In this document: positions 7,384 through 16,997 of the stretch, piece after piece | Position numbering within the stretch: the first letter of the stretch is position 1 | Layout: each line of letters begins with the position of its first letter | DNA from: an uncultured Eubacteriales bacterium | Lineage (GTDB): Bacteria; Bacillota; Clostridia; Christensenellales; CAG-138 | Assembly: GCA_900544555.1 (NCBI GenBank) | Contig: UQWD01000002.1 | Location: forward strand, 63,471 to 127,470 | Direction of reading: 5' to 3' | DNA: 64,000 bases | Program-made: the position numbers and the translations under genes | Notes under the pieces: generated by a model | The model's input: only the letters and a program-made list of their open reading frames with translations | Databases searched by the model: none | What the model was told of the DNA's origin: nothing

Positions 7384-10119
7384 ATGAAAAAGAAACTTGG
7401 ATACAGGAGCGCCGCTGTTTTGTTAGGCGTTTGCATGCTGTTTGCCATCGCGACCCCGGTCAGCCTGGCGATAGCCATGAACGCGGCGGACGGCGCTCAA
7501 GCGCCTCAAGATGGCGATCAAAGCTTTGCTTTAGCGTCTCTTGACGAACAATATCAATGGCTTAAAGGGCTTGATTCCGAAGCTCAGATACAGGCGCTGC
7601 TCAATGAGCTCAGCCCTGAGCGGCTGGCGGAGCTGGAAGCTTATGCGCAACAGCTTGAAGGCTCTCAAGATCATGGCGTTGATGACGAGGCCGCGCCAGC
7701 CGCCCCTCCCGCGGCGGTGAACTTTACGGCGGCAGGCTCGCTGCTCTCGCCCATGGTTTTGCCTGGCGCTGATGAAGACGACAACGGGCTTATACTCAAT
7801 AAAACGGCCTTGCCGGACGGTAACGGCGGTTACGTTATAACCCTTGACGCCTTTACAACCGGTACGGTCACTACGGAAACTACCTCCCTGCCAACCGATG
7901 TTGTTTTGGTGCTGGATCAGTCAGGCTCAATGGCGTACGATTTTGGCAACACCACCAGGCAGGCGGCTATGAAGCAGGCGGTAACGGGTTTTATCAACAG
8001 CGTGGCGCAGAACGCCGGTGAAAACAAAGTAAACCACCATATCGGCATAGTTACCTACGGCTCCAGCTCAGCCACACTATCAGCGCTCAGGGACGTTAGC
8101 GTACAGGGAAACGCGCAGGCGCTCACACGTGCGGTGAACGACCTTCCAAGGTCGCCTTCCGGAGCTACCCGGATAGATTATGGCGTAAGCGCGGCTCAAA
8201 CGATGTTTCGCAACTTCGGTATTCCCGCGGAGGGCCGCAACCGGGTGGTTATCGTATTTACGGACGGTGTTCCGACGAGTTCCAGCGACTTTAGCACATC
8301 CGTTGCAAACAGCGCGCTGTCCACGGTAAAAGCGATGAAGTCGCAGGGGGTTACGGCTTTTTCCGTCGGTATTTTTGCCGGCGCGGACCCGGATCAGGTT
8401 CATGGGGAAAAGTATATCGAGTATTACCGTCATGGCTTTTGGGATTGGAGAGAGCGGGAAATCGTATGTACCGGCGATATAGGTAGCAAGTGGGGCTATG
8501 ACGACGGCGTAAGCTACGGCAGCCGGTTTGATGTGGACATTGCCGCGGCAAACCGATTTATGAACTATCTTTCCAGCAACTTCCCTAACGCGGGTTCGTT
8601 AGGAATCAATCACCTAACGGGATCACACAACGGCTACAGCATTACCTCAAACGCAACCCGCGCGTATGACAACTATTTCCTCACCGCGTCGGACAGCGAA
8701 TCGCTTAATAAAATTTTTGAGGAGATCTCAAACCAAATAGAAACGCCAAGCATTGAGCTTGACGGAAAAACCGTAATTCGGGATATCGTATCGCCTTATT
8801 TCACCCTGCCTGAGGGCGCTCAGGTCAGCCTTTACGAATCGGCTTACGACGGCAACTCGTTTGGCCCGCGCCTGAACACGACAGCGTCTTATCAGGTAGT
8901 GAACGGCAACACGATTGAGATAAAGGACTTTAACTTTAACGCGAACTTCGTATCGGAAAACATAAAAGAGGATGGGACATACGGTAAAAAGCTAATCGTT
9001 GAGTTTACCGTCAACCCGCGGGCGGGCTTATTCGGCGGGGCTGAGGTTCCGACGAACGGCAGAGATTCCGGCGTGTACTCCGGCGGCGAGTTGATAGAGA
9101 GCTTCCCAATTCCTACGGTTGACGTTCCAATCCGGTATGGAATATCCGCGCAGGATCAATCCGTTTTTCTGACCCAATCGGCTGATTTGGAGCAGATATT
9201 GCAATATTCCGCCGCGTTCAGGCCGAACGGAGAGAACAACGCTTATGTTACCATTGCGTATACGCTGCGCCGCGGGCAGGATGTGGTAGGAGTTTACACC
9301 ATCCCTGCAGGCCGCGCCTCGGGAAGCTGGGATGTTTCCGCTGATGAATTGAGCGTGCTAATTGAGGAGGATACGGTCTACACGCTTGAATGCGAGGTAA
9401 CAAGCGGGGACCTTACGCCATGGACAGGCTCCGAAGAAGCAACGGTTCATGTGTTTAAACCGGAGGTTACGTTTGTCGACAGCGTAATATATTATGGACA
9501 AGTTCCGAATTACGCGGATAACTTGCTGAGCGAGAATTGGGTATGCTGCTCCGCGAATGTGGAGAAGCCCGCCGGTACCGCTCCGGATCTTACCTATGCG
9601 TATGACCCGCAGCCGAAGCTGATGCTAACGGATACGCACGTGGGCGTGCAGGTTTTGTGCGGCAACGTCGATATTACGCGTCAAACCGTGATAAGCAACG
9701 ACAGGGAGGGCTGTACGCATGAGGGCTGCTCATTCGACAGCGAGCTCGGCGCGTTCATGGTACATGTCAAAACCTGCTCTCTGACCGTTACGAAAACCGG
9801 AGCAAGCGCGGCCGACGCGGGACAGAGCTTCATAATGCGGGTGCGCGGCGTGAGTGATACGAACAACGGCGTCGATCTGACCGTAGCTGTTCAAGGCAGC
9901 GGTTCCGTAACCATAGAGGGGCTTCCCACAGGCAAATACGTTGTAGAGGAAGATGAAGGCTGGTCTTGGCGTTACAGCGCGGCAGCGGCCGAAGCCGTGC
10001 TGACAGACGAGGAGCCTCAAGGTTCCGTAACGGTATCCAATACGCGCGTATTTACGCGCTGGTTAGATGGAAACAGCTGGCTTAACAACCTCTTCGGATG
10101 GTTAAGCAAGGAGGGATAA
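7384..10119 (+). CDS. Secreted von Willebrand factor A (vWA) domain protein, 911 aa, putative adhesin
   Basis: GGGAGG RBS and a signal peptide. MIDAS DVVLVLDQSGSM (D-x-S-x-S at 7914-7928), plus VVIVFTDGVPT and VTAFSVGIFAG. C-terminal CSLTVTKTG...IEGLPTGKYVVEEDEGWSWRY resembles Cna-B/prealbumin-type stalk domains. Confidence 0.85.
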   Translation: MKKKLGYRSAAVLLGVCMLFAIATPVSLAIAMNAADGAQAPQDGDQSFALASLDEQYQWLKGLDSEAQIQALLNELSPERLAELEAYAQQLEGSQDHGVDDEAAPAAPPAAVNFTAAGSLLSPMVLPGADEDDNGLILNKTALPDGNGGYVITLDAFTTGTVTTETTSLPTDVVLVLDQSGSMAYDFGNTTRQAAMKQAVTGFINSVAQNAGENKVNHHIGIVTYGSSSATLSALRDVSVQGNAQALTRAVNDLPRSPSGATRIDYGVSAAQTMFRNFGIPAEGRNRVVIVFTDGVPTSSSDFSTSVANSALSTVKAMKSQGVTAFSVGIFAGADPDQVHGEKYIEYYRHGFWDWREREIVCTGDIGSKWGYDDGVSYGSRFDVDIAAANRFMNYLSSNFPNAGSLGINHLTGSHNGYSITSNATRAYDNYFLTASDSESLNKIFEEISNQIETPSIELDGKTVIRDIVSPYFTLPEGAQVSLYESAYDGNSFGPRLNTTASYQVVNGNTIEIKDFNFNANFVSENIKEDGTYGKKLIVEFTVNPRAGLFGGAEVPTNGRDSGVYSGGELIESFPIPTVDVPIRYGISAQDQSVFLTQSADLEQILQYSAAFRPNGENNAYVTIAYTLRRGQDVVGVYTIPAGRASGSWDVSADELSVLIEEDTVYTLECEVTSGDLTPWTGSEEATVHVFKPEVTFVDSVIYYGQVPNYADNLLSENWVCCSANVEKPAGTAPDLTYAYDPQPKLMLTDTHVGVQVLCGNVDITRQTVISNDREGCTHEGCSFDSELGAFMVHVKTCSLTVTKTGASAADAGQSFIMRVRGVSDTNNGVDLTVAVQGSGSVTIEGLPTGKYVVEEDEGWSWRYSAAAAEAVLTDEEPQGSVTVSNTRVFTRWLDGNSWLNNLFGWLSKEG

Positions 10120-10122
10120 TGT

Positions 10123-10704
10123 ATGTTTAAGGATAAACGCGGAGCAACGCCAAGGGCGCAAAGGAAAGCGCTACCGTTGATTATCATTGTCGCGGGCTGC
10201 ATGCTGCTCGCCTGTACCGTAGGCGGCGCGCTGGCTTGGCTGACTACCGGCGCCGCGCTAAATAATGATTTTGGCGTTAAAGAAGTGAACTGTGCGGTAA
10301 CGGAGGGCGCTTTTAGCCAAGGCGAGAGCTTGGAGAAAACAGACGTCGCGGTTCGTAATACCGGAACGATGGATGCGTATATCCGAGTAGCGTTAATTCC
10401 GGCGGTTAAGATTGGCCAAAGCGTTTTAGCAAGCGATGTTGCCCTTGAGGATTTTACGATTGAATGGGGCGACATGACAGGCGACTGGCTCGCGGGTGAG
10501 GACGGTTACTATTATTGCAGGCTGCCTGTCGCGCCAAATGATTCGACGCCCGTGCTGATAACGCGCTGCGTTGCGCCGGAGCCGCCTGAGGGCAGACAGC
10601 TCGAGCTGCAAATTATCGCCTCCGCCATACAGGCGCTGCCTAAAGAAGCCGTTGAAGGTTCGTGGGGCGTTACGGTTAACGGCGATGGAACCATTACCAG
10701 GTAG
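10123..10704 (+). CDS. TasA/camelysin-like protein with SipW-type signal peptide (paralogue 4)
   Basis: AAGGAGGG RBS, with ATG 3 nt after the vWA stop. Leader ...LPLIIIVAGCMLLACTVGGALAWLTTGAALNNDFGV. DVAVRNTGTMDAYIRV. C-terminal IIASAIQALP. Confidence 0.75.
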   Translation: MFKDKRGATPRAQRKALPLIIIVAGCMLLACTVGGALAWLTTGAALNNDFGVKEVNCAVTEGAFSQGESLEKTDVAVRNTGTMDAYIRVALIPAVKIGQSVLASDVALEDFTIEWGDMTGDWLAGEDGYYYCRLPVAPNDSTPVLITRCVAPEPPEGRQLELQIIASAIQALPKEAVEGSWGVTVNGDGTITR

Positions 10705-10719
10705 AAAGGAGGAGCCGCA

Positions 10720-11364
10720 ATGAGAATTAAACGATTTATAAGGGCTTGCGCCGTGATGATGGCTGCGGCCGCCTGCCTCTTTACCGCAGGCGCTTTTGCG
10801 GAGGGATCCCAGATAAATTACGAGGGCGGCGCGGAGGGCTTCATATTCGTGCCTGAAAACGCCGACCTTTTCCAGAGCTTTAAAGGCGTTATGCCGGGGG
10901 ATGAGCTCGTCGAGCAAATTACGGTTAAAAACGACGCTTCTAAAGAGGTTAAGGTGAACCTTTATTTAAGCGCGCGGACTGTTGACGAAAAATACAAGGA
11001 TTTTCTTAATCAGTTTACCCTAACCGTTAAACAAGGCGACAGGACCCTGTTCCTCGCGCCCGCGGGCGAGCAGGAGGGCCTTAGCCAAAGCGTGCTGTTG
11101 GGAACCTTTTATTCCGGGGCCCAGACCCAGCTGGAGGTTACGCTTCATGCGCCTGTGACCATGGAAAATGAATACCAGAACAGCCTTGGCGTGATTGAAT
11201 GGGTATTTACAGCTGAGGAGATGCCGGTATCCCCGGACGACCCTTCCCCGCCTTCATCCGGCGGCCCGGAATATGCGGCTTACGCGTTTTGCGCTTTGGG
11301 CTTAGCGCTTATTGTTAGCGCCGCCCTAATCGGTCGCAAGAGGAAAGGCCGGATTTACGAGTAA
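10720..11364 (+). CDS. Secreted beta-sandwich protein with C-terminal transmembrane anchor
   Basis: AAGGAGGAG RBS. Classical signal peptide ...AGAFA/EGS. ITVKNDASKEVKVNLYL motif. Pro/Ser linker, then PSSGGPEYAAYAFCALGLALIVSAALIGRKRKGRIYE. Confidence 0.75.
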   Translation: MRIKRFIRACAVMMAAAACLFTAGAFAEGSQINYEGGAEGFIFVPENADLFQSFKGVMPGDELVEQITVKNDASKEVKVNLYLSARTVDEKYKDFLNQFTLTVKQGDRTLFLAPAGEQEGLSQSVLLGTFYSGAQTQLEVTLHAPVTMENEYQNSLGVIEWVFTAEEMPVSPDDPSPPSSGGPEYAAYAFCALGLALIVSAALIGRKRKGRIYE

Positions 11365-11387
11365 TCTAAGAGCATAAATCAACTTGC

Positions 11388-11422
11388 GGCAGAGGCTGTT
11401 TATTCAGCTTCTGCCATTTTTT
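11388..11422 (+). terminator. Rho-independent terminator closing the TasA-like/vWA operon
   Basis: GGCAGAGGCTG / CAGCTTCTGCC stem followed by ATTTTTT. Confidence 0.8.
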
Positions 11423-12142
11423 AGTTATTAGCAATAATGCTCATTAACTCAATAGCGGGTGTTTTTTGGTTTTTTCATCGTTTGCGGCGGGCGATTCACC
11501 CTGTTGTCTTCAATGAGCTGGTCAACGGCGACAACTATACCGACTTCGCCAGCACTCCCAGGGAGCTTGCCTTGCAGGTGGAGCCGAAATCCGGCCCGGT
11601 TGACCAATACTACCCTAACGACGTGGCGGTATCCGCTTGTTCGGCTTACATTTCATTGTTTATCGGAAAACAGGATGACAGTCACGTCGAAAAGGCGTAT
11701 AATAAGTATGCCCGCGCGGCGGTGCTGTGGTGTTGCGCGTTTAGCGGCATTTGTGGGGAAAGCAATGGGGACGTGTACGTTCGTATGTGCCGATAAATGG
11801 GAACAGAGGATAACAGCGAAAACTTATAGCCGGATGAGGTGTATATAATAAACAAAGGCTTAGGTTGAACCTCAGCCCTTACTTTTTTAACATAACATCC
11901 CGGCGTTAATTTCATGACGCGTCGTTTATGGTAATCGCGTATTTTCCTAAAGAATGCCGAGTATATTCTTCTATGAAATACAGCTATATGAATAAAGCGC
12001 TAAAAGCGCGGGAGGCTGTGTGATCAGCGGTTGGTCATAACGGATAATGCTCAATAATCGTATTATGGAGTTAAATTATAGGGTGTTTGCGCGAGTAAGC
12101 GCGCGATAAAGACAGATATGTCAAGGAGGAATAATTAAGCAC

Positions 12143-13951
12143 ATGAAAAAAATGATTAAATCAGCCGCGCTGGCGCTCGCGCTTTTAACGCTGCTTTTGT
12201 TCGCCGGGTGCTGCGTTCCCGGCAAGCCCGGGTCCACCCCCGGTTCTACGCCTGAGCCGCAGCCTGTTCATTCACCCGAACCGGGAAGCGCGCGGAGCCT
12301 GTTTGCCGAACTGGATTGGCAGATATTCGCCGATTCGGTAACTGAAAACGCGCTCACGTTCAGGCTCAGCGTCGGTTCGCCGGAGGCGTTAGGCCTTGAG
12401 TATCCGGAAAACACATGGGGCGACTTTTCTAAACAGGCCAATGACTTAGGCATAGCAAAATGCAACGAGTATCTAACAAAGCTTAATCAGATAGACAGGG
12501 AGCAGCTTTCTTACCAAGAAAAATTCTCGTACGACGTAATCCGCCAATACCTCGACGGATGCGTCGCCATGGGCGATTATTACTACTATTATGAACCGCT
12601 GACATCCCTGAATGGGGCGCATTCCTCTTTACCAATGAATCTCATGTTCTTCCCAATACAAAACGAGGGCGATTTGGATAGCTATCTGGAACTTTTATCC
12701 GATACGCCGCGTTATATCGGCCAGATCCTGGAGTTCGAGCGTGAGAAATCCGAAAAGGGCTTGTTTATGACGGAGGCGGCCTGTGAGACAGTAATCGAGC
12801 AATGCGATGATTTTATCGATAGCGGAGAAGGCTGTTTTTTAATCGCGACTTTTAACGACGCGCTCGCGGATGTCGAGGGCCTTTCCCCAGAACAGATTGC
12901 GGCTTATCAGGAGCGCAACGCAAAACTCGTAACCGTCGATTTGATAGACGCGTATAAGGAGTTGCGGGATGGCCTAGTTAAGCTCAAATCCACGGGTACC
13001 CGCGACAGGGGCATATCTACGTACGGCGATACGGACAAAAGGTATTTTGAGCTGCTTGTAAAGGAAGCGGCCAGCTCGGATATCACGATTGAAGAAGCGT
13101 ATAATATGCTTTACACGCGCATTATAAAGGAGTTTACATCGTTGGCGGGCGTCATGGCCGCTGATCCGAGCCTAGCGGGCCGATATGGCCAGACAGAACT
13201 GAGCCTGGGCTCTGTTGAGGAGAACATGGCTTACCTCAAAGAGCTTATCGCGGACGCTTATCCTTCCATACCCGAACACAACATAACCTATACGGATGTG
13301 CCTGAGGAACTGGAGGAGCAGTTCAGCCCTGCGGCTTACCTTATTCCGCCTGTGGACAGCGCGGTCGATAACCTGATTATTTTAAATGGAAAAAGCGTCG
13401 GGGAAAGCACGGATTTAATCTCAACGCTCGCGCATGAGGGCTATCCGGGGCATATGTACCAATATATCTATCAGCGCAACCTGCCCGGCTTAAGCTATAC
13501 CCAGCGCTCGCTCGGCCTTACCGCGTATTATGAGGGGTGGTCTACGCACTCTGAAAGCCATTTTGCAGCCAATAACGATAAATTCGATAACCGCTATTGT
13601 ATCATGATGTTCACGGATACCATGATCAGCGGAATACTCCTGCCCGCCGCCGTCAGTATCGGCGTAAACGGGAAGGGCTGGTCGGTTGAGGATGTTGAAG
13701 AATTCCTCTACGCCTTGGGTCTGGACGGTAACGGGCTTGACAGCGTTTACTACGATTACGCCATAACCGATCCAGACTATTTTCTTGAATACGCGATGGG
13801 ATATACCCAGCTTGAAAATCTTATTGACGGCGTAAAGAAAGACGCGAAGGATATGGAGCCTAAAGAATTCTTTAAATTCTACCTCGATTTGGGGCCGGGA
13901 TACTATAACCTCATTGAGGACAGGGTGAATGATTGGATGGCCGCGCGTTAA
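12143..13951 (+). CDS. DUF885 family lipoprotein (metallopeptidase-like)
   Basis: AAGGAGGA RBS. Lipoprotein-type leader ...LLLFAGC. HEGYPGHMYQ motif characteristic of DUF885. 602 aa. Confidence 0.8.
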   Translation: MKKMIKSAALALALLTLLLFAGCCVPGKPGSTPGSTPEPQPVHSPEPGSARSLFAELDWQIFADSVTENALTFRLSVGSPEALGLEYPENTWGDFSKQANDLGIAKCNEYLTKLNQIDREQLSYQEKFSYDVIRQYLDGCVAMGDYYYYYEPLTSLNGAHSSLPMNLMFFPIQNEGDLDSYLELLSDTPRYIGQILEFEREKSEKGLFMTEAACETVIEQCDDFIDSGEGCFLIATFNDALADVEGLSPEQIAAYQERNAKLVTVDLIDAYKELRDGLVKLKSTGTRDRGISTYGDTDKRYFELLVKEAASSDITIEEAYNMLYTRIIKEFTSLAGVMAADPSLAGRYGQTELSLGSVEENMAYLKELIADAYPSIPEHNITYTDVPEELEEQFSPAAYLIPPVDSAVDNLIILNGKSVGESTDLISTLAHEGYPGHMYQYIYQRNLPGLSYTQRSLGLTAYYEGWSTHSESHFAANNDKFDNRYCIMMFTDTMISGILLPAAVSIGVNGKGWSVEDVEEFLYALGLDGNGLDSVYYDYAITDPDYFLEYAMGYTQLENLIDGVKKDAKDMEPKEFFKFYLDLGPGYYNLIEDRVNDWMAAR

Positions 13952-14063
13952 GTTGGGTATGAGATTACCCGCCTAATTCTCCTTTGCCCCGGTAAAGCCG
14001 GCTATTCGCATGAACGCCGTTTGCGTTTACGCGTACAACCACATAAACTGAGATAAGTTTAAA

Positions 14064-14092
14064 CCCGCCGCGTTATATGCAACCGCGGCGGG
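14064..14092. terminator. GC-rich hairpin between convergent genes (probable bidirectional terminator)
   Basis: CCCGCCGCG / CGCGGCGGG stem. The minus-strand reading is followed by TTTAAACTTAT. Confidence 0.45.
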
Positions 14093-14369
14093 CGATCTTG
14101 ATAAGCGGCTAATTTACGCGCTTGCGCCGGCAAACAGCGTAGCTGTGAAACTTTCAATGTTATGCATCATTTTCACGGCACAAAAGCCGCGTTCACGATT
14201 AAAGCTGTCAACGCTTTATGAAACCGCCCTTCGCACGCAATATTGCTTTTAACAGGCTACGGCCCGCTGTTTTTACGGCGGGCCGCCATATGCTTTTATT
14301 AAATACCAAAAACATTCCCCTGCCGATAGTTTGAGCGCCGAATCAAGCGCTTTATTGGAGAAGAATGAG

Positions 14370-15554
14370 CTAAACCCGCTCAACCACGATAGCCTCTCCC
14401 ATTCCGCCTCCAATGCACAAAGCGGCCACGCCATATTTAGCTGAACGTTTTTCCATTTCATACGCGAGCGTCACCAGAATACGCGCTCCCGACGCGCCGA
14501 TCGGATGGCCGATAGCGATTGCCCCGCCGTTTACGTTTACCTTCTTATCATCCACGCCCAGCTCGCGCGCAACAGCTAAGGCCTGAGACGCAAACGCTTC
14601 GTTCAACTCAAACAGGTCTATTTTGTCCAAGTTCATCCCCGCCTTCGCGAGCGCCTTTTTTACGGAAGGCACGGGCCCCATGCCCATCAGCCTCGGATCC
14701 ACGCCCGCCGACCCGGTGGCGCATATGCGCAGCATCGGCTTAAGGCCATGCTCCTTCACAAACGATTCAGAGCATACAACCATCGCCGCGGCGCCGTCGT
14801 TAATTCCGGATGCGTTCGCTGCCGTAACGGTTCCGCCGTCGCGCTTAAACGCGGGTTTGAGCCGCGCGATGGATTCGCTGGTAACGCCCTCTTTAATATA
14901 CTCGTCCGTATCCATTATAATGGGTTCGCCCTTGCGCCTGGGTATTGAAACTGGAACGATTTCATCCTTAAAGCTGCCCGCGGCGCGCGCTGCGCATGCG
15001 CGCTGCTGGGAAAGCGCGGCGTAATCATCCTGCATTTCGCGCGTTATACCGTATTTTTCAGCTATGTTTTCAGCCGTCATGCCCATATGGTAATCGTTAA
15101 ACGCCTCCCAAAGGCCGTCGTGTATCATCGCGTCCACCATCTGCGTGTGCCCCATGCGCGCGCCCCAGCGCGCGTTATGCATCACAAACGGCGCGCCGCT
15201 CATCGATTCCATACCGCCGGCGACAACGCACCCCGCATCCCCAGCCTGAATTGCGCGGCAGGCAAGCGCTACGCTGAACAGGCCGGAGCCGCACACTTTA
15301 TTGATGGTGCTTGCCGGAACCTCAACGGGTATCCCCGCGTTTATCGCGGCCTGACGAGCCGTGTTCTGGCCCAGGCCGGCCTGCAAAACATTGCCCATGA
15401 AAACCTCGTCGACGTCGCCCGGATCTACCTTAGCGCGGCGCAGCGCCTCGCTGATAACAAGCTTCCCCAGATCCACCGCCTTTACATCCTTTAAAGCGCC
15501 GCCAAAGCTGCCGACCGGAGTGCGGCACAGGCCAATCAAGTATACGTTTTCCAT
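14370..15554 (-). CDS. Acetyl-CoA C-acetyltransferase (thiolase II)
   Basis: 394 aa. Active-site blocks [26 protein letters not shown] and CIGGGMG. Confidence 0.95.
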   Translation of the reverse strand: MENVYLIGLCRTPVGSFGGALKDVKAVDLGKLVISEALRRAKVDPGDVDEVFMGNVLQAGLGQNTARQAAINAGIPVEVPASTINKVCGSGLFSVALACRAIQAGDAGCVVAGGMESMSGAPFVMHNARWGARMGHTQMVDAMIHDGLWEAFNDYHMGMTAENIAEKYGITREMQDDYAALSQQRACAARAAGSFKDEIVPVSIPRRKGEPIIMDTDEYIKEGVTSESIARLKPAFKRDGGTVTAANASGINDGAAAMVVCSESFVKEHGLKPMLRICATGSAGVDPRLMGMGPVPSVKKALAKAGMNLDKIDLFELNEAFASQALAVARELGVDDKKVNVNGGAIAIGHPIGASGARILVTLAYEMEKRSAKYGVAALCIGGGMGEAIVVERV

Positions 15555-16340
15555 GCTTTATAACCTCCACGCTTATATGATAATCACGCAGAATCCTGCT
15601 TAGTTCAACTATACATCAAAACAGCCGGCAAGTGAAGCGGTTATATTGAATCAGGCGGAACGCCATACGATTTTTATATAGCATTAATTAAAAGCCGCGC
15701 GCAAGGAATGTTTTATCGCCAAAGTTTCCTCATCCGATAACATTAAGCGTAAGAAATGAAGAATCTGTTTAAAGCTATAAAAATACATTACGCATAATAT
15801 CGGGCTATATTATCGTACGCAAATTGGTTGATGCGCGGGCCAACCCAAAGCGCTGTCTCATAGCCGCTTACCCCATAGGCTTCACTCGCGGCGGGGTAAG
15901 CGCAACGCGAGCGGTATTCCTTTTACAGCAATTCATTTTACCTTGGGGTGCAGTTTTCCTAAACTCCTCGAATTCAACCTAAAATGACGCGGCTTTTTTC
16001 GTCGTTAAATTAAACCTCATATATCGGGTCGCAAATACGCATGCCGAAAGCTAATGTCGGTTGCGGTAGCCGGACAGCCTGTTAAAGTGGGGCGTGTTCG
16101 CTCAATGCTTATTGCGCAGCTTATTTATTTAGCTCATATAAACATGCTATTGTGCTTCGCGCCCGGCGGATACTCCGTCCACGCGAAGCCTGTTAAAGCT
16201 AATAAATCCCGCGCGAGTTGCCGCGCTGCTTTTTTTCCGCTTCGCCGCGCCCAGGGCCATGAATGGGGTTGTATGCGGCCGCGTTTCCATTGGGTGATGG
16301 TTATCATTAAACTACGGCGCGCTGAACTATCGCTGGAAAG

Positions 16341-16365
16341 GCCGCCCAGCGCCCGGCTGGGCGGC
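16341..16365 (-). terminator. Hairpin immediately downstream of the 16368 stop
   Basis: GCCGCCCAGC / GCTGGGCGGC 10-bp stem with a 5-nt loop. The minus strand is followed only by CTTTCC, a weak U-tract. Confidence 0.4.
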
Positions 16366-16367
16366 TG

Positions 16368-16997
16368 CTAAGCCGGCGGAACCGCCTGCCCTTCCGAAAC
16401 CGGTTTCTTGCCGGCCATGCCCGCAGGGGGCTTTGGCGGCCATACGGGATGCGTAGGCGGCAAGGAGGGCGCGCGCGTTATCCTCGGAGCGGGTGAAGAG
16501 GGCTCCATCCTCCTGCCTTGGACGTTGGCGCTCGGTTTGCTTTGCTGTTTGTTCATCTGCTTAGGCCCAGGCATACCGTTCTGCCTTAGCGGCAGGCCTA
16601 TGCCGGGGCCCGCGTACGCCTTTGCGTGTGCTTGTGATATCTGGTTCTGATTACCCCGACTACTACGTCCGCCGGAAACCGGCGTACTCTGCTGTTTAAT
16701 CTGTTTGGGGTGGCCTTCAGGCCGCCCTTTACTTATCGGCCCGCTGTTTCCGCTGGCTGTCCTTGGATGCGGAGCATTGGTTTTATGCGTATTAAGCTTA
16801 TGCGCGTTCTTGGGCGTACCCGACGCTTGAGAAACGCCGGAAGACTTTGAGCGGACGGGTTTATCCGTATCCGTGCGTATGGGCTTAACCGGCGGATGAA
16901 ATGGAACCGCGGGCGTACCCGCCGGATGGGATTTTTTTGCCAGTGGCCGGGCGCGGTTGCCGCCTCCCGGTTTGTTGTTAAACGTATTCATATTCAT
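16368..16997 (-). CDS. Hypothetical Pro/Gly/Lys/Ser/Gln-rich, apparently disordered basic protein
   Basis: 209-aa ORF. GGAGGG RBS 4 nt before ATGAATATGAAT, and a hairpin right after the stop. No hydrophobic segment. Low complexity means a spurious ORF cannot be excluded. Confidence 0.45.
   Translation of the reverse strand: MNMNTFNNKPGGGNRARPLAKKSHPAGTPAVPFHPPVKPIRTDTDKPVRSKSSGVSQASGTPKNAHKLNTHKTNAPHPRTASGNSGPISKGRPEGHPKQIKQQSTPVSGGRSSRGNQNQISQAHAKAYAGPGIGLPLRQNGMPGPKQMNKQQSKPSANVQGRRMEPSSPAPRITRAPSLPPTHPVWPPKPPAGMAGKKPVSEGQAVPPA

Noticed and set aside
11437-11848. Two overlapping ORFs (119 and 129 aa) after the operon terminator. A hairpin plus T-tract at about 11858-11887 suggests something is transcribed here.
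   Set aside because: No convincing RBS, no family motifs, and two frames equally open. It may be a degraded gene or an sRNA locus. The evidence is not sufficient to call a CDS.
16054-16371. 105-aa plus-strand ORF upstream of the Pro-rich gene.
   Set aside because: No RBS and no recognisable motifs. Its end overlaps the terminator hairpin of the convergent gene.
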